Shown: positions 29,040-39,613 of the stretch, piece after piece | Position numbering within the stretch: position 1 is the first letter of the stretch | How the letters are laid out: the number at the start of each line of letters is the position of its first letter | NCBI GenBank assembly: GCA_963812135.1 | Contig: CAWETU010000001.1 | Location: forward strand, 1,056,001 to 1,120,000 | Reading direction: 5' to 3' | Source: Vulcanimicrobiota bacterium | GTDB taxonomy: Bacteria > Vulcanimicrobiota > Vulcanimicrobiia > Eremiobacterales > Eremiobacteraceae | DNA: 64,000 nt | Made by a program: the position numbers and the translations under genes | Notes under the pieces: model-generated | Told to the model about the DNA's origin: nothing | The model's input: only the letters and a program-made list of their open reading frames with translations | Databases searched by the model: none

Positions 29040-29816
29040 GTGACGCGGCGCAAACGCACGGGAGACGCATTCGAACTGCACGGCGACGATCGCGGCATCC
29101 TGCTGCTGCACGGGTTCTCAGGCAGCCCGGACGAGGTGCGCGATCTCGGCGCGCGCCTGCACGCGGAGGGCTACAGCGTCATCGCCCCGGCGCTGCCGGG
29201 TCACAGCGGCGACGTGCGCGAGCTCGATCGCATCACCGCCGACGATTATCTGGATTGGGCGTTGGCGCGGTTCGAGGCGATGGAGCGCGAATACCGCACG
29301 GTGCACGTCGTCGGTTTTTCGATGGGCGGCGCGCTCGGCTTGCACATCGCGCAGCACAAACGGCCGGCGACGGTCGTCACGATCAACACGCCGGTGCGCA
29401 TGCCGACACACGTGTTTCGCGGCGTGCATCTCGTCGCGCGCCACCGCGCGCAAACGCACTTGCCGGTGAATCCGAACGCATATTTCGGCGTCATCGGCTA
29501 TCCGACCGTGCCCGCATCGGCGGTCGCAACGTTCTTAGGGGTGCTTGCGCGAGTTCGAGAAGGGCTCGCAGACGTGCACACGCCGCTGCTCGTGATGCAC
29601 AGCGCACGTGACCTCACCGTGCCGCCTGCCAACGCCGCGTTGATCGATGCGTCGGTTGGCAGCCGCGACCGCAACGTCCTCGTGTTCAGGGAAGGGCAAC
29701 ATCTCATGACCGTGGGCCGCTGGCTCGACGTCATCGAACCCCACATCAGCGGTTTTCTCGCACGTGCGGACAGGGGCCGCGCGCGGGACGGCCGAACCTC
29801 TGGCAGGTCTTCTTGA
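29040..29816 (+). CDS. Alpha/beta-hydrolase (carboxylesterase, Est30-like)
   Basis: LLLHGFSGSP, LPGH, GFSMGG nucleophile elbow, D..VP, H. Confidence 0.88.
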   Translation: MTRRKRTGDAFELHGDDRGILLLHGFSGSPDEVRDLGARLHAEGYSVIAPALPGHSGDVRELDRITADDYLDWALARFEAMEREYRTVHVVGFSMGGALGLHIAQHKRPATVVTINTPVRMPTHVFRGVHLVARHRAQTHLPVNPNAYFGVIGYPTVPASAVATFLGVLARVREGLADVHTPLLVMHSARDLTVPPANAALIDASVGSRDRNVLVFREGQHLMTVGRWLDVIEPHISGFLARADRGRARDGRTSGRSS

Positions 29817-29877
29817 CTTCGCGTTTCGCGTCACAATGCGGGCTCATAGGCCCGTCTTTATAGGAGCACTCGATCTT

Positions 29878-30225
29878 TTGTTAGCAACGGTTTTTGCGCT
29901 GCTGGCGGCTTCGCCCGCCGCCTCGCTGCCGACGCCGATCCCGGCGCCGACCATCATCTTCCATCAAGCGACCTTCGCGGATCAATATCCGTGGGTCGTG
30001 AATCTCATCCAAGCGCTGTTCCTCGTCTCGACGGTCGCGCTCATCGCGCTGATGTCCGCGCAGACGACCAAGACCGAAGGCTTGTCCGGCAGCATCGGCG
30101 GACGCGCTGAGTCCGCGTACCACGGGCGTTTGGGGCTCGATCAACAGATCACGCGGGTGACGACCTTCACGGCGAGCGCGTGGATCGTCTTGGCCGTCGC
30201 GTTTTTCTTCGCGACTCCCCGGTAA
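29878..30225 (+). CDS. secG: Preprotein translocase subunit SecG with N-terminal extension
   Basis: Q..K.EGLSGSIGG loop between two TMs, then L...T; TTG start after GGAG inferred. Confidence 0.8.
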   Translation: MLATVFALLAASPAASLPTPIPAPTIIFHQATFADQYPWVVNLIQALFLVSTVALIALMSAQTTKTEGLSGSIGGRAESAYHGRLGLDQQITRVTTFTASAWIVLAVAFFFATPR

Positions 30226-30235
30226 ACGCCGCCGC

Positions 30236-31327
30236 ATGCCGCTGCTGTCCGTCAAAGACCTCGAGGTAACGTTCTCGACCGACGACGGCATCGTGCGGGC
30301 GGTCAACGGACTGTCGTTCGACATCGAGCCCGGCAAGACGCTCGGCATCGTCGGCGAGTCGGGTTCGGGCAAGAGCGTCACGGCGCTCTCTATCATGCGT
30401 CTCATCTCCATGCCGCCCGGCCGCATCGAAAAGGGCGAGATCATCTTCAACGGGACTGATCTGCTCAAAGTGGGCGAGGCGCAGATGCGCAGCATCCGCG
30501 GCAACAAGATCGCCATGATCTTCCAAGACCCGATGACCAGCCTCAATCCGGTGCTGACCATCGGCGATCAGATCATGGAGACGATCATGCTGCACCAGCA
30601 CAAGAGCCGCCACGACGCGTATAAGCGCGCAATCGAGATGCTCGAGCTGGTGCGTATCCCCGAGCCGCAGAAGCGCATCAAGTCATATCCGCACCAGTTC
30701 TCGGGCGGCATGCGCCAGCGCGTCATGATCGCCATGGCGCTGTCGTGCGATCCCGAGCTGCTGATCGCGGACGAGCCGACGACGGCGCTCGACGTCACCA
30801 TCCAGGCGCAGATCCTGGACCTCATGAACGACCTGCAAAAACGATTGAACTCGGCGATCATCATGATCACGCACGACTTGGGGGTCGTGGCAGAGATCTG
30901 CGAAAAAGTGCTTGTGATGTACGCCGGCAACATGGTCGAATACGGCACCGCCGATCAGATCTTCAGCGACCCCAAGCACCCGTATACGCTCGGCCTGCTC
31001 GACTCGCTGCCGCGCCTGGACGAGGGCGGGCAGCGCCGGCTCGTGCCCATCGAAGGCCAGCCGCCCAACCTGTTGCGCCTGCCAGCCGGCTGCACGTTCG
31101 CGCCGCGCTGCCCGTATGTGCTGCCGGACCATGCGATCATCCCGCCGCCGGTCATCGATTTTGGCGAAGGCCACCTCGCGCGCTGCACCTTATATAATGA
31201 AGAACCTGGTCTGAGGATACGCGCCGAGGCCGAGCGGCTCAAGCTGGCGAGCGCCGCAGCCAAGGAGAAGGCGCGCCAAGCGGCCGCCGAGGCGCTGCCG
31301 CTATCAGGAGACGCCGGCCGTGGTTGA
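30236..31327 (+). CDS. oppD: Oligopeptide ABC transporter ATP-binding protein
   Basis: [34 protein letters not shown]. Confidence 0.9.
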   Translation: MPLLSVKDLEVTFSTDDGIVRAVNGLSFDIEPGKTLGIVGESGSGKSVTALSIMRLISMPPGRIEKGEIIFNGTDLLKVGEAQMRSIRGNKIAMIFQDPMTSLNPVLTIGDQIMETIMLHQHKSRHDAYKRAIEMLELVRIPEPQKRIKSYPHQFSGGMRQRVMIAMALSCDPELLIADEPTTALDVTIQAQILDLMNDLQKRLNSAIIMITHDLGVVAEICEKVLVMYAGNMVEYGTADQIFSDPKHPYTLGLLDSLPRLDEGGQRRLVPIEGQPPNLLRLPAGCTFAPRCPYVLPDHAIIPPPVIDFGEGHLARCTLYNEEPGLRIRAEAERLKLASAAAKEKARQAAAEALPLSGDAGRG

Positions 31328-32435
31328 CGTCGCCCCGATCGCCGCGCCTCCGCAGGAAGCGCCGCCGGATCCGAACGCGATCGTCGAAGTCCGCCACGTC
31401 AAGAAATATTTCCCGATCACCGCCGGCGTGTTCTCGCGCCACGTGGCCGACGTCAAGGCGGTCGACGACGTGTCGTTCTCGATCCGCGCGGGCGAAACGC
31501 TCGGGCTCGTCGGCGAATCGGGCTCGGGCAAGACGACCATCGGGCGCTGCATCCTGCGCCTGCTCGAGCCGACGAGCGGTCACATCTTCTTCGAGCGCCA
31601 GGACATCACGAGTCTGCCGCAAGGCGCGCCGCTGTGGGACCGCGCCGCGCCCAACATGCGCACGCTGCGCAGCGAGATGCAGATCATCTTCCAGGACCCG
31701 TACGCGAGCCTCAATCCGCGCATGACGGTCGGCGACATCATCGCAGAACCGCTGCAGATCCACGGCATCGACGGCCAACCGCATCCCAACCGCGCGGATA
31801 TCGAAAAGCGCGTGAACGACTTGCTGCGCACGGTCAAGCTTGCGCCGTACCACGCCAACCGCTATCCGCACGAGTTCTCCGGCGGCCAGCGCCAGCGGAT
31901 CGGCATCGCCCGTGCGCTCGCGGTCAACCCGAAGTTCATCGTCGCGGACGAACCGGTCTCGGCGCTCGACGTTTCGATCCAGGCGCAGGTCGTCAATCTG
32001 CTGCAAGATCTCCAACAGCAGCTCGGTCTGACCTATCTGCTCATCGCGCACGATCTGTCGGTCGTGCGCCATATCTCCGACCGCGTCGCGGTGATGTACG
32101 TCGGCAAGCTGGTCGAGGTCGCGGACCGCGACGAGCTGTACAAACGCCCGCTGCATCCATACACGCAGTCGCTGCTCTCGGCGATCCCGATCCCGGATCC
32201 GCGCGTCGAGGCGCGCCGCAAGCGCATCATCCTCACGGGCGACATCCCCTCGCCGGTCAATCCCCCGAAGGCATGCCGTTTCAACACGCGCTGCCCGATC
32301 GCGTACGAGCGCTGCTTCATCGAAGAGCCGCTCTTGAAAGAATACAACGGCCACGCGGTGGCATGTCACAAAGTCGAGGAACTGCACGGCGAGCAGCCCG
32401 ACATCACCAAACGCACGGCCGAGGTTCATCGGTGA
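31320..32435 (+). CDS. oppF: Oligopeptide ABC transporter ATP-binding protein
   Basis: [38 protein letters not shown]. Confidence 0.9.
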   Translation: MVDVAPIAAPPQEAPPDPNAIVEVRHVKKYFPITAGVFSRHVADVKAVDDVSFSIRAGETLGLVGESGSGKTTIGRCILRLLEPTSGHIFFERQDITSLPQGAPLWDRAAPNMRTLRSEMQIIFQDPYASLNPRMTVGDIIAEPLQIHGIDGQPHPNRADIEKRVNDLLRTVKLAPYHANRYPHEFSGGQRQRIGIARALAVNPKFIVADEPVSALDVSIQAQVVNLLQDLQQQLGLTYLLIAHDLSVVRHISDRVAVMYVGKLVEVADRDELYKRPLHPYTQSLLSAIPIPDPRVEARRKRIILTGDIPSPVNPPKACRFNTRCPIAYERCFIEEPLLKEYNGHAVACHKVEELHGEQPDITKRTAEVHR

Positions 32436-32815
32436 TGGCGAGAACCGTCGCACTCATCTTCGGCGTCATCTACACCATCGTCGGCGTCGCCGGCTTTATC
32501 AATCCGATCGGCGGCACGATCGGCATGGCTCCCAGCGTCCTGCTGGGCTTCGCATCCGTCAATCTCGTACACAACATCGTGCATCTGGTGCTCGGCTTTT
32601 GGGGCCTGACCGCGGCGGGCGACGAGGCCCGCGCGGTGTCGTATTGCCAGATCGTCGGCGTCGTGCTCATCGTGTTGGCGTTGCTTGGATTCTTCGTCCC
32701 CAACCCGTTCGGACTCGTGCCGATCGGCGGCAACGATCCGTGGATCCATCTCATATCTGGCGTGATTCTCGCGTTCGCGGGGTTCGCTCGCTCGGGTTCA
32801 GCGGCGCGGACATAA
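32435..32815 (+). CDS. DUF4383-like small membrane protein
   Basis: [29 protein letters not shown]. Confidence 0.7.
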   Translation: MARTVALIFGVIYTIVGVAGFINPIGGTIGMAPSVLLGFASVNLVHNIVHLVLGFWGLTAAGDEARAVSYCQIVGVVLIVLALLGFFVPNPFGLVPIGGNDPWIHLISGVILAFAGFARSGSAART

Positions 32816-32841
32816 CGCGCGCGAGAACGGTCGCTTTAGAG

Positions 32842-32870
32842 GCCGGATGGTGCGTCATCCGGCTTTCTTT
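32842..32870 (+). terminator. Intrinsic terminator
   Basis: GCCGGATG/CATCCGGC 8-bp stem followed by TTTCTTT. Confidence 0.75.
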
Positions 32871-32895
32871 ATGGCCTCATGATGGTGTCCCGCAT

Positions 32896-32925
32896 TTGAC
32901 GGGCCTTGACGCCGTGGTGTATAGT
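32896..32925 (+). promoter_or_regulatory. Putative sigma70 promoter of topA
   Basis: TTGACG-N18-TATAGT about 90 bp upstream of the topA start. Confidence 0.6.
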
Positions 32926-33017
32926 AGGGAACGTTTGAGCGACTGCGGGGGCTCGTCCCGCATCGCACAACGTGTAGAAGCGGGTTTTTTCGACCCGCGG
33001 ACACCAACGGAGAAGTA

Positions 33018-35201
33018 TTGTCAAAGTCCCTCATCATCGTCGAATCGCCGGCCAAGGCCCGCACTCTTAAGAAGTTCCTCGGTTCCCGCTATCAAGTCTT
33101 GCCCTCAGTCGGTCACGTGCGCGACCTGCCCAAGAGCAGGCTCGGCGTCGACGTCGATCTCGACTTCAAGCCGACCTACGTCACTATCAAGGGCAAGGGG
33201 CCGGTCATCAAAGACCTGCGCGCGGCGGTCAAAAAAGCCAACCATATCTACTTAGCAACCGACCCCGATCGCGAAGGCGAAGCCATCGCGTGGCACTTGG
33301 CAGAAGTGCTCAAACTGCCGGATCCGCGCCGCATCGAACTCCACGAAATCACCAAGAGCGCCGTTCAAGAGGCGCTCAAGCATTCCGGGCCTATCAATAT
33401 GGATCGCGTCGACGCGCAACAGGCGCGCCGCATCCTCGACCGGCTCGTCGGCTACAAGATCTCGCCCATGCTGTGGCGCAAGATCCAAGGCGGGTTGTCG
33501 GCCGGACGCGTGCAGTCGGTCGCGGTCAAGCTGATCGTCGACCGCGAGCGCGAGATCGAAGCATTCGTCGCGCGCGAGTACTGGACGGTCTCGGCGCGCT
33601 TGTGGCCGCACGGTCACCACGACTCCGAGCACACGCTCGTCGCGGACCTCGTCAGCGTCGACGGCAAGAAGCTCGAGAAGTTCGACATTCCGACCGAAGC
33701 CGAAGCAACGCGGTTGGCGAACCGCTTGCAGAAGGCGAAGTACACGGTCACCAGCGTCAAGACGCGCGAGGTGCGCCGCTCGCCGGCCGCGCCGTTCACC
33801 ACCAGCACGCTGCAGCAGGAAGCGTCGCGCCGCCTCAAGATGCGCGTGCGCCGCACGATGCAGATCGCGCAGGGGCTGTACGAAGGCGTCGACGTCGGTG
33901 AAGAGGGCACGACCGGTCTCATCACCTACATGCGCACCGATTCGACCAGGCTGTCGACGTTCGCCATGGATCAAGCGCGCGAGTTTATCAATCGCACGTT
34001 CGGCGAGGAATACCACAACGGCAAACAGTTCAAGGTTTCGGAAGACGCGCAAGACGCGCACGAAGCCATCCGGCCGACCGATGCGAATCGCACGCCCGAT
34101 AGCCTCAAGCCGTATCTCGATCCGTCGCAGCTGCGCGTCTACCGGCTGATCTGGGAGCGCTTCGTCGCGAGCCAGATGGCGCCGGCGGTCTACGACCAGA
34201 CGACGGTCGAGATCGACGCCGACAACTGCGCGCTGCGCGCTACGGGCACCGTGCTCAAGTTCGCCGGCTACACGAAGATCTACGAAGAGACGCCCGACGA
34301 AGATGCCACCGAAGAGGACGAGCGCAAGAAGCACTTGCCGCCCGTGGAAGAAGGCCAGGCGATGGATCTGCGCGGCATCATGAAGGCGCAGCATTGGACC
34401 GAACCGCCTCCGCGCTTCACCGAAGCGTCGCTCGTCAAGACGCTCGAAGAGAAGGGTGTCGGCCGGCCGAGCACTTATGCGACGATCGTCGACACGATCC
34501 AGCGCCATTACACCAAGCTCGAGCAGCGCCGCTTCACACCGACGCCGGTCGGCTTGATCGTCAACGACGTGCTGGTCGAGTTCTTCCCCGACATCTTCAA
34601 CGAGACGTTCACCTCGGAGATGGAGCAACGGCTCGATCGCGTCGAGGACAAGCACGACGATTGGCGCTCGCTGCTGCGCGATTTCTACGCGCCGTTCTCC
34701 AAAGATCTGGCGCGCGCCGAAGAGTTCTTCCCGAAGATCGAGATCGAAGAGGAAGAGATCGACGAGACCTGCCCCGCATGCGGACGTCCAATGAAGATCA
34801 AGAACGGGCGCTTCGGCAAGTTCATCGCGTGCACCGGATATCCGGAATGCAAGACGACCAAGCCTATCGTGAAAGATTCGGGCGTCGTCTGTCCGCGCGA
34901 TGGCGGCCGCATCCTCGAGCGCAAGAGCAAGAAAGGCCGCATCTTCTACGGATGCGAGCGCTATCCGGCGTGTGACTTCGTGGCGTGGGATCCGCCGATG
35001 GTCGGTTCCGCCTGCAAGGAATGCGGCGCGTTCTTGGTGCGCAAGTGGGGCCGCAACGGCGGGCGCATCGTATGCAGCGTCGACGCGCACCACGATCACG
35101 GTCAGGAGCAGCCGCACGAGGCGCCGACCAATGGCGTTGTGCACTCGGGCCGCGTGATCGAGCACATGGACGAGCACTTGGAAGAGAAGCGCTCCGCTTA
35201 G
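33018..35201 (+). CDS. topA: DNA topoisomerase I
   Basis: IVESPAKA, ATDPDREGEAI, SAGRVQS, ITYMRTDS, C-terminal zinc ribbons. Confidence 0.97.
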   Translation: MSKSLIIVESPAKARTLKKFLGSRYQVLPSVGHVRDLPKSRLGVDVDLDFKPTYVTIKGKGPVIKDLRAAVKKANHIYLATDPDREGEAIAWHLAEVLKLPDPRRIELHEITKSAVQEALKHSGPINMDRVDAQQARRILDRLVGYKISPMLWRKIQGGLSAGRVQSVAVKLIVDREREIEAFVAREYWTVSARLWPHGHHDSEHTLVADLVSVDGKKLEKFDIPTEAEATRLANRLQKAKYTVTSVKTREVRRSPAAPFTTSTLQQEASRRLKMRVRRTMQIAQGLYEGVDVGEEGTTGLITYMRTDSTRLSTFAMDQAREFINRTFGEEYHNGKQFKVSEDAQDAHEAIRPTDANRTPDSLKPYLDPSQLRVYRLIWERFVASQMAPAVYDQTTVEIDADNCALRATGTVLKFAGYTKIYEETPDEDATEEDERKKHLPPVEEGQAMDLRGIMKAQHWTEPPPRFTEASLVKTLEEKGVGRPSTYATIVDTIQRHYTKLEQRRFTPTPVGLIVNDVLVEFFPDIFNETFTSEMEQRLDRVEDKHDDWRSLLRDFYAPFSKDLARAEEFFPKIEIEEEEIDETCPACGRPMKIKNGRFGKFIACTGYPECKTTKPIVKDSGVVCPRDGGRILERKSKKGRIFYGCERYPACDFVAWDPPMVGSACKECGAFLVRKWGRNGGRIVCSVDAHHDHGQEQPHEAPTNGVVHSGRVIEHMDEHLEEKRSA

Positions 35202-35255
35202 AACCGCATCCGACCCAAAGGCCACTCGCCGAGATGCTCCGAAGTAGGCACAACA

Positions 35256-36599
35256 ATGGATCGCGTGACGGTCATCGGCGGCGGGCTCGCCGGTTCCGAA
35301 GCGGCGTGGCAGCTCGCGCAGCGCGGTGTCCCCGTCGTTCTTTACGAGATGCGTCCGAACGTCCAGACCGGCGCGCACGTCAGCGGGCGGTTGGCGGAAC
35401 TCGTGTGCAGCAATTCGCTACGTGGCGTCTCGCTGGAAAACGCGGTCGGGCTTCTCAAAGAAGAGATGGCGCGGCTCGGTTCGCTGATCATCGAGGCGGC
35501 GCGCGCGAATGCGGTGCCCGCCGGCGGAGCGTTGGCGGTCAATCGCGAGCACTTCGCCGATCACATCGAGGAGCGTATCTCTGCCCACCCGCTCATCGAA
35601 CTGCGGCGCGAGGAATGCCGACGCATTCCGACCGACGGCATCGCGATCGTCGCCTGCGGACCGCTCGCATCCGCGGCGCTCGCCGAAGATCTCGCGCGAC
35701 TGTGCGGACCCCAGCTGCATTATTTCGACGCCGCCTCGCCGATCGTCGCCAGCGATTCGCTCGACCGATCGCAGCTGTTCGAGGCGTCGCGCTACGGCAA
35801 AGGCGACGGCGCAGATTACCTCAATATCGCGCTGGATAAAGAACAATACCGTCAGCTCGTGCGCGATCTGGTCGAAGGCGACAAGCACGAGCCTCATGGT
35901 TTCGAATCGGATGCCGCACGCGGCAAGGTTCCGTACTTCGAGGCGTGCCTACCGGTTGAAGAGATGGCTCGTCGTGGCGAAGACACTTTGCGCTTTGGCC
36001 CCCTCAAGCCGGTCGGACTTGACGATCCGCGCACCGGGCGTCGCCCCTATGCGGTCGTCCAACTTCGCCGCGAGAACGCGGCGGGTACCGCGTACAATTT
36101 GGTCGGCTTTCAGACCCGCCTCACATGGCCGGCACAGCGCGCGGCGCTCGGCAAGTTGCCAGGGCTCGAAAACGCGGAATGGCTGCGGCTCGGCGTCATG
36201 CATCGCAACACGTTCGTCGACGCCCCGCGGGTGCTGGCTGAAGACTTGAGCCTGCGCGTCGCTCCACAGGTGTTCCTCGCGGGTCAAGTGACGGGCTGTG
36301 AGGGGTATGTCGAGGCGGCCGCCAGCGGCATCGTCGCCGCCGTGAACGCCGCGCGCAGAGCCGCCGGCGACGAGCGCGCATTCTTCCCCTCGTCCCGGAC
36401 CGCCATCGGCGCGTTGCTCGCGTATCTGCGTGACGGCACGAGCCACGACTTCCAGCCGCAAAACGTCACCTTCGCGTATTTCGAGCCGCTCGAGACCCCG
36501 CGCCGCGACAAGCAGGCGCGGCGCCGCGCGCTCGCCGAACGCGCGCTCGCAGAGATCGATCAGATCGCACGCGAGTTCCACCCCATCGAGGTAGCATGA
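35256..36599 (+). CDS. trmFO: Folate/FAD-dependent tRNA m5U54 methyltransferase
   Basis: [35 protein letters not shown]. Confidence 0.95.
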   Translation: MDRVTVIGGGLAGSEAAWQLAQRGVPVVLYEMRPNVQTGAHVSGRLAELVCSNSLRGVSLENAVGLLKEEMARLGSLIIEAARANAVPAGGALAVNREHFADHIEERISAHPLIELRREECRRIPTDGIAIVACGPLASAALAEDLARLCGPQLHYFDAASPIVASDSLDRSQLFEASRYGKGDGADYLNIALDKEQYRQLVRDLVEGDKHEPHGFESDAARGKVPYFEACLPVEEMARRGEDTLRFGPLKPVGLDDPRTGRRPYAVVQLRRENAAGTAYNLVGFQTRLTWPAQRAALGKLPGLENAEWLRLGVMHRNTFVDAPRVLAEDLSLRVAPQVFLAGQVTGCEGYVEAAASGIVAAVNAARRAAGDERAFFPSSRTAIGALLAYLRDGTSHDFQPQNVTFAYFEPLETPRRDKQARRRALAERALAEIDQIAREFHPIEVA

Positions 36600-37123
36600 T
36601 CCGTTCAACGACGATCGTCGCGGTGTTGCGCGACGGACATATCGCAGTCGGCGGCGATGGCCAGGTGACGCTCGACAAAGTCGTCATGAAACACCACGCC
36701 CGCAAAGTCCGCAAGGTCGGCGGCGGCAAGGTGCTGGCGGGTTTCGCGGGATCGGCCGCGGACGGCATCACGCTGCTTGACAAGTTCGAAACGAAACTGC
36801 AAGAGTTCCGCGGCAACATCACACGCGCCGCTGTCGAACTGGCCAAGGATTGGCGCCAAGACCGCTACCTGCGCCGGCTCGAGGCGCTGCTGATCGTCGG
36901 CGACACCGAGCATCTCTTCGTGCTTTCGGGCACGGGCGACGTCGTCGAGCCGGATGACAACATCGCGGCCATCGGCAGCGGCGGGCCGTACGCGCAAGCC
37001 GCGGCGCTCGCGCTCATCAAGAACACGCCGCTCGGCGCGGCGGAGATCGTGCAGGAGGCCTTGCAGGTCGCCGGCCGGATCGACATCTACACGAACGACG
37101 ATATCGCCATCGAAACCCTGTGA
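36596..37123 (+). CDS. hslV: ATP-dependent protease peptidase subunit HslV
   Basis: [26 protein letters not shown]. Confidence 0.96.
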   Translation: MIRSTTIVAVLRDGHIAVGGDGQVTLDKVVMKHHARKVRKVGGGKVLAGFAGSAADGITLLDKFETKLQEFRGNITRAAVELAKDWRQDRYLRRLEALLIVGDTEHLFVLSGTGDVVEPDDNIAAIGSGGPYAQAAALALIKNTPLGAAEIVQEALQVAGRIDIYTNDDIAIETL

Positions 37124-37839
37124 GCGTGCCGCTCGGGCAAGCGGACTATCCGCGCCTCGGGCCGCTGCTCGCCACCGCGTTCGATCGCGCGGTCCGCGTG
37201 ACGCTGCGCTCGTGGGTCTGGATCATCGCCTTGATGCTCGCGTGCCTCGCATTCGCAGCGGTCGGCGCATCGCAGCGCGCGCTCGACGTATGCCTGTTTG
37301 TCTGGAGCTTCGCTGCTGCAGCGAACGCGATGCGCACGATCGACCCCACGTATCGCCTGGACTCGAGCAGCGTCGCCAGATTGTTCCTCGTCGGCGCTGG
37401 CGTCGGAATAGCATGCGTGTTCGGATTTGTCGCACTTGTGTGGCCCGCGGTGTGGCTCGGCACCAAATGGTCGATGGCTGAAGCGGCCGTTATCGCCGAT
37501 CGCCTTCCGGCTGAAGTCGCGATGCGCCGCTCCTGGGAGCTGACGACCGGACGCTTCTGGCGCACGCTGCTATTCGGGCTGGTGCTGCTGTTGGCGGTGG
37601 AGATCACGGCCGGCTTGCCGGCGCTCGTCATCGGCGGCATCGCCGGTGCGCTGGTCAACGTGAAGCTGGTCCCGGGCACGATCGACCAGGTGACGAACTA
37701 CGCCATCGCGCTCGCCGTGCCGATCGCGATGTACGCAAGCCAAGCGCAGTGGATCGCGGGTCTGTACTGGTACCGGTCGCTCAAGGCGATGCAAGAGGCC
37801 GAGCTTTCAGTGCTGGTCGCATCACCCACGACCGCGTGA
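37120..37839 (+). CDS. Hypothetical multi-pass membrane protein
   Basis: Several TM segments; A.RRSWELT.GRFW motif. Confidence 0.75.
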   Translation: MSVPLGQADYPRLGPLLATAFDRAVRVTLRSWVWIIALMLACLAFAAVGASQRALDVCLFVWSFAAAANAMRTIDPTYRLDSSSVARLFLVGAGVGIACVFGFVALVWPAVWLGTKWSMAEAAVIADRLPAEVAMRRSWELTTGRFWRTLLFGLVLLLAVEITAGLPALVIGGIAGALVNVKLVPGTIDQVTNYAIALAVPIAMYASQAQWIAGLYWYRSLKAMQEAELSVLVASPTTA

Positions 37840-39095
37840 GGGTAGTACCGCTCCCGCCGTTCTGGCTTTTTCTTTCAAAGGCGTTTGATCGTGGCGTACT
37901 GATATCGGTGCGCCAATGGCCCTGGTTGATCGCCTGCGGGGCCGCGCTTGTCGCGATGGCAGATGACCGTGGGGTCATGGAGCTACATAGCGGTTTGGGA
38001 CGGTCTACCTCATCTGGTTCACTGCGGCGATGGTTGCGGCGCTTGCGGCTGACTCGACCGGGTTTCACGCCGACGCGCGCGTTTTACACGCGCATCGCTG
38101 GCGCGTTCATGGTCTACGAAATCGTCGTCACCGCCGGAATGCTACTGCTCGTCCTGCCTGGCCTGTATTTCGCATCTCGACTGTGGGTGACGACCGCCGC
38201 GGTCGGACTGGAAGACAAAGGAGTGGGACAGGCGCTCGCGCGTTCGTGGGATCTCACCCGCCGCGCATTTTGGCCGACTTTCGGACTCGTCGGGGTTATT
38301 TTTGTCGCCGACGTCGCATCAATCGCGATTTTTGGGTATATCGCGTTGAGAGAAATGTCCCTGTTGAGACTCGTGGAATCAAACAAAACGCTATTGCATT
38401 ATACGATTGTCGCCATGCGAGTCGGGCTGCGTCTCTACTTCGATGCGGTCGCAATCTCCGCCAAACTCCTTTGGTTACCAGTGCTCGCCGCGCTGCCTGC
38501 GCCGCCCGCGGCGATGCCGCTTCCTACACCCAGCTCAACGAATCCAGGCGCGTATCGGCGCCGTGCCTTGACACAACGCGATGAAGCGCCCATCGAAACG
38601 CCACGTCTGTGGCTTGAGCCGATTGTGCCCGAGCATGCCAAGACTCTGTACGCGCCGCTGCAGGACCCACTGTTGTATCGATACGTCAGCCAGCCGCCGC
38701 CCGAATCGGAATTCGCGCTTCGACGCCGCTTCGAACAGCTCGCGGCCGGCAGATCGCCGGATGGGTCGCAGATCTGGTTGAACTGGGCGGCGCGCGCCAA
38801 GACCGGCCCGTACGTAGGCCTGACCCAAGCGACGATCGAGGGCGATCACGCGCTGATCGGATACGACATCTTCGTGCCGTTCTGGCGCAACGGGTACGGC
38901 AAGGAAGCGTGTGGCGCAATGGTCGACGTGGCACTACGCGAATACGGTGTCACGTCGGTCACTGCGGTTGTCGACGCCGACAACGCCGCGTCGATCGCGC
39001 TGCTCGAGGTGATGGGCTTCTCTCGCGCGTGGACCGGACCGAGCGATGACATGCCCGGCCACACCGACCATCGCTATGAACGAGTTCTCGGCTAG
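37836..39095 (+). CDS. Paralogous membrane protein read through into a RimJ/RimL-type GNAT acetyltransferase (GNAT from about 38568); contains probable indels
   Basis: AFDR, ALARSWDLTRRAFW match the upstream paralogue; C-terminal IETPRLWLEP, WRNGYGKEA, NAASIALLE.MGF. Confidence 0.65.
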   Translation: MRVVPLPPFWLFLSKAFDRGVLISVRQWPWLIACGAALVAMADDRGVMELHSGLGRSTSSGSLRRWLRRLRLTRPGFTPTRAFYTRIAGAFMVYEIVVTAGMLLLVLPGLYFASRLWVTTAAVGLEDKGVGQALARSWDLTRRAFWPTFGLVGVIFVADVASIAIFGYIALREMSLLRLVESNKTLLHYTIVAMRVGLRLYFDAVAISAKLLWLPVLAALPAPPAAMPLPTPSSTNPGAYRRRALTQRDEAPIETPRLWLEPIVPEHAKTLYAPLQDPLLYRYVSQPPPESEFALRRRFEQLAAGRSPDGSQIWLNWAARAKTGPYVGLTQATIEGDHALIGYDIFVPFWRNGYGKEACGAMVDVALREYGVTSVTAVVDADNAASIALLEVMGFSRAWTGPSDDMPGHTDHRYERVLG

Positions 39096-39613
39096 TCGCC
39101 CTCGAGCAACGTGTGTTCGAGGTTTGCCTTGATCAGCCGGATGTCGTCTTCGCCATTCTGCCTGCTTAGCAACGCGAGCGCGGTGAAGCCGACGGGCAGG
39201 ATCCACGCTGCCTGGGCGACGCCCATAGGTTTGCCGATCGCCCAACTCGCGAGCAGTATCAGCGTGACGAGTAAAGAGCCCGCGCCGAATATACGCGTTG
39301 TCCAACCTGCGCCGAACCAACCGCTTAGTCGTGAGTGGTCGGCACCGCCGCTCAGCTGGCCGCGGAACACCGGACGTATCATCGTCAACAGATCGAAATG
39401 CGCCGGGGCATCGCCTCGAGGTTGGACCTCATAGAAGGCCTCGACGCGACCGTCGACGAGCGAGGCCGTCAAGTACGGCGTGTCGGATCTTACTAGCCGC
39501 GGTAGCATCAGCATGCCAAAGCGCTGCGACGCGACCTCAAACGATACAGGAACGTCAAACGTGTATGGCTGCGGTCCGATCGCAACGGCGTCGATAAAAC
39601 GCCAGAAATCCAA
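39092..39613 (-). CDS. Hypothetical protein with two C-terminal TM helices
   Basis: 173-aa ORF abutting the pntB stop. Confidence 0.55.
   Translation of the reverse strand: MDFWRFIDAVAIGPQPYTFDVPVSFEVASQRFGMLMLPRLVRSDTPYLTASLVDGRVEAFYEVQPRGDAPAHFDLLTMIRPVFRGQLSGGADHSRLSGWFGAGWTTRIFGAGSLLVTLILLASWAIGKPMGVAQAAWILPVGFTALALLSRQNGEDDIRLIKANLEHTLLEGD

Noticed and set aside
33252..35378. 708-aa antisense ORF over topA and the many similar shadow ORFs
   Set aside because: They are antisense or alternate-frame shadows of well-supported genes with no recognisable motifs.
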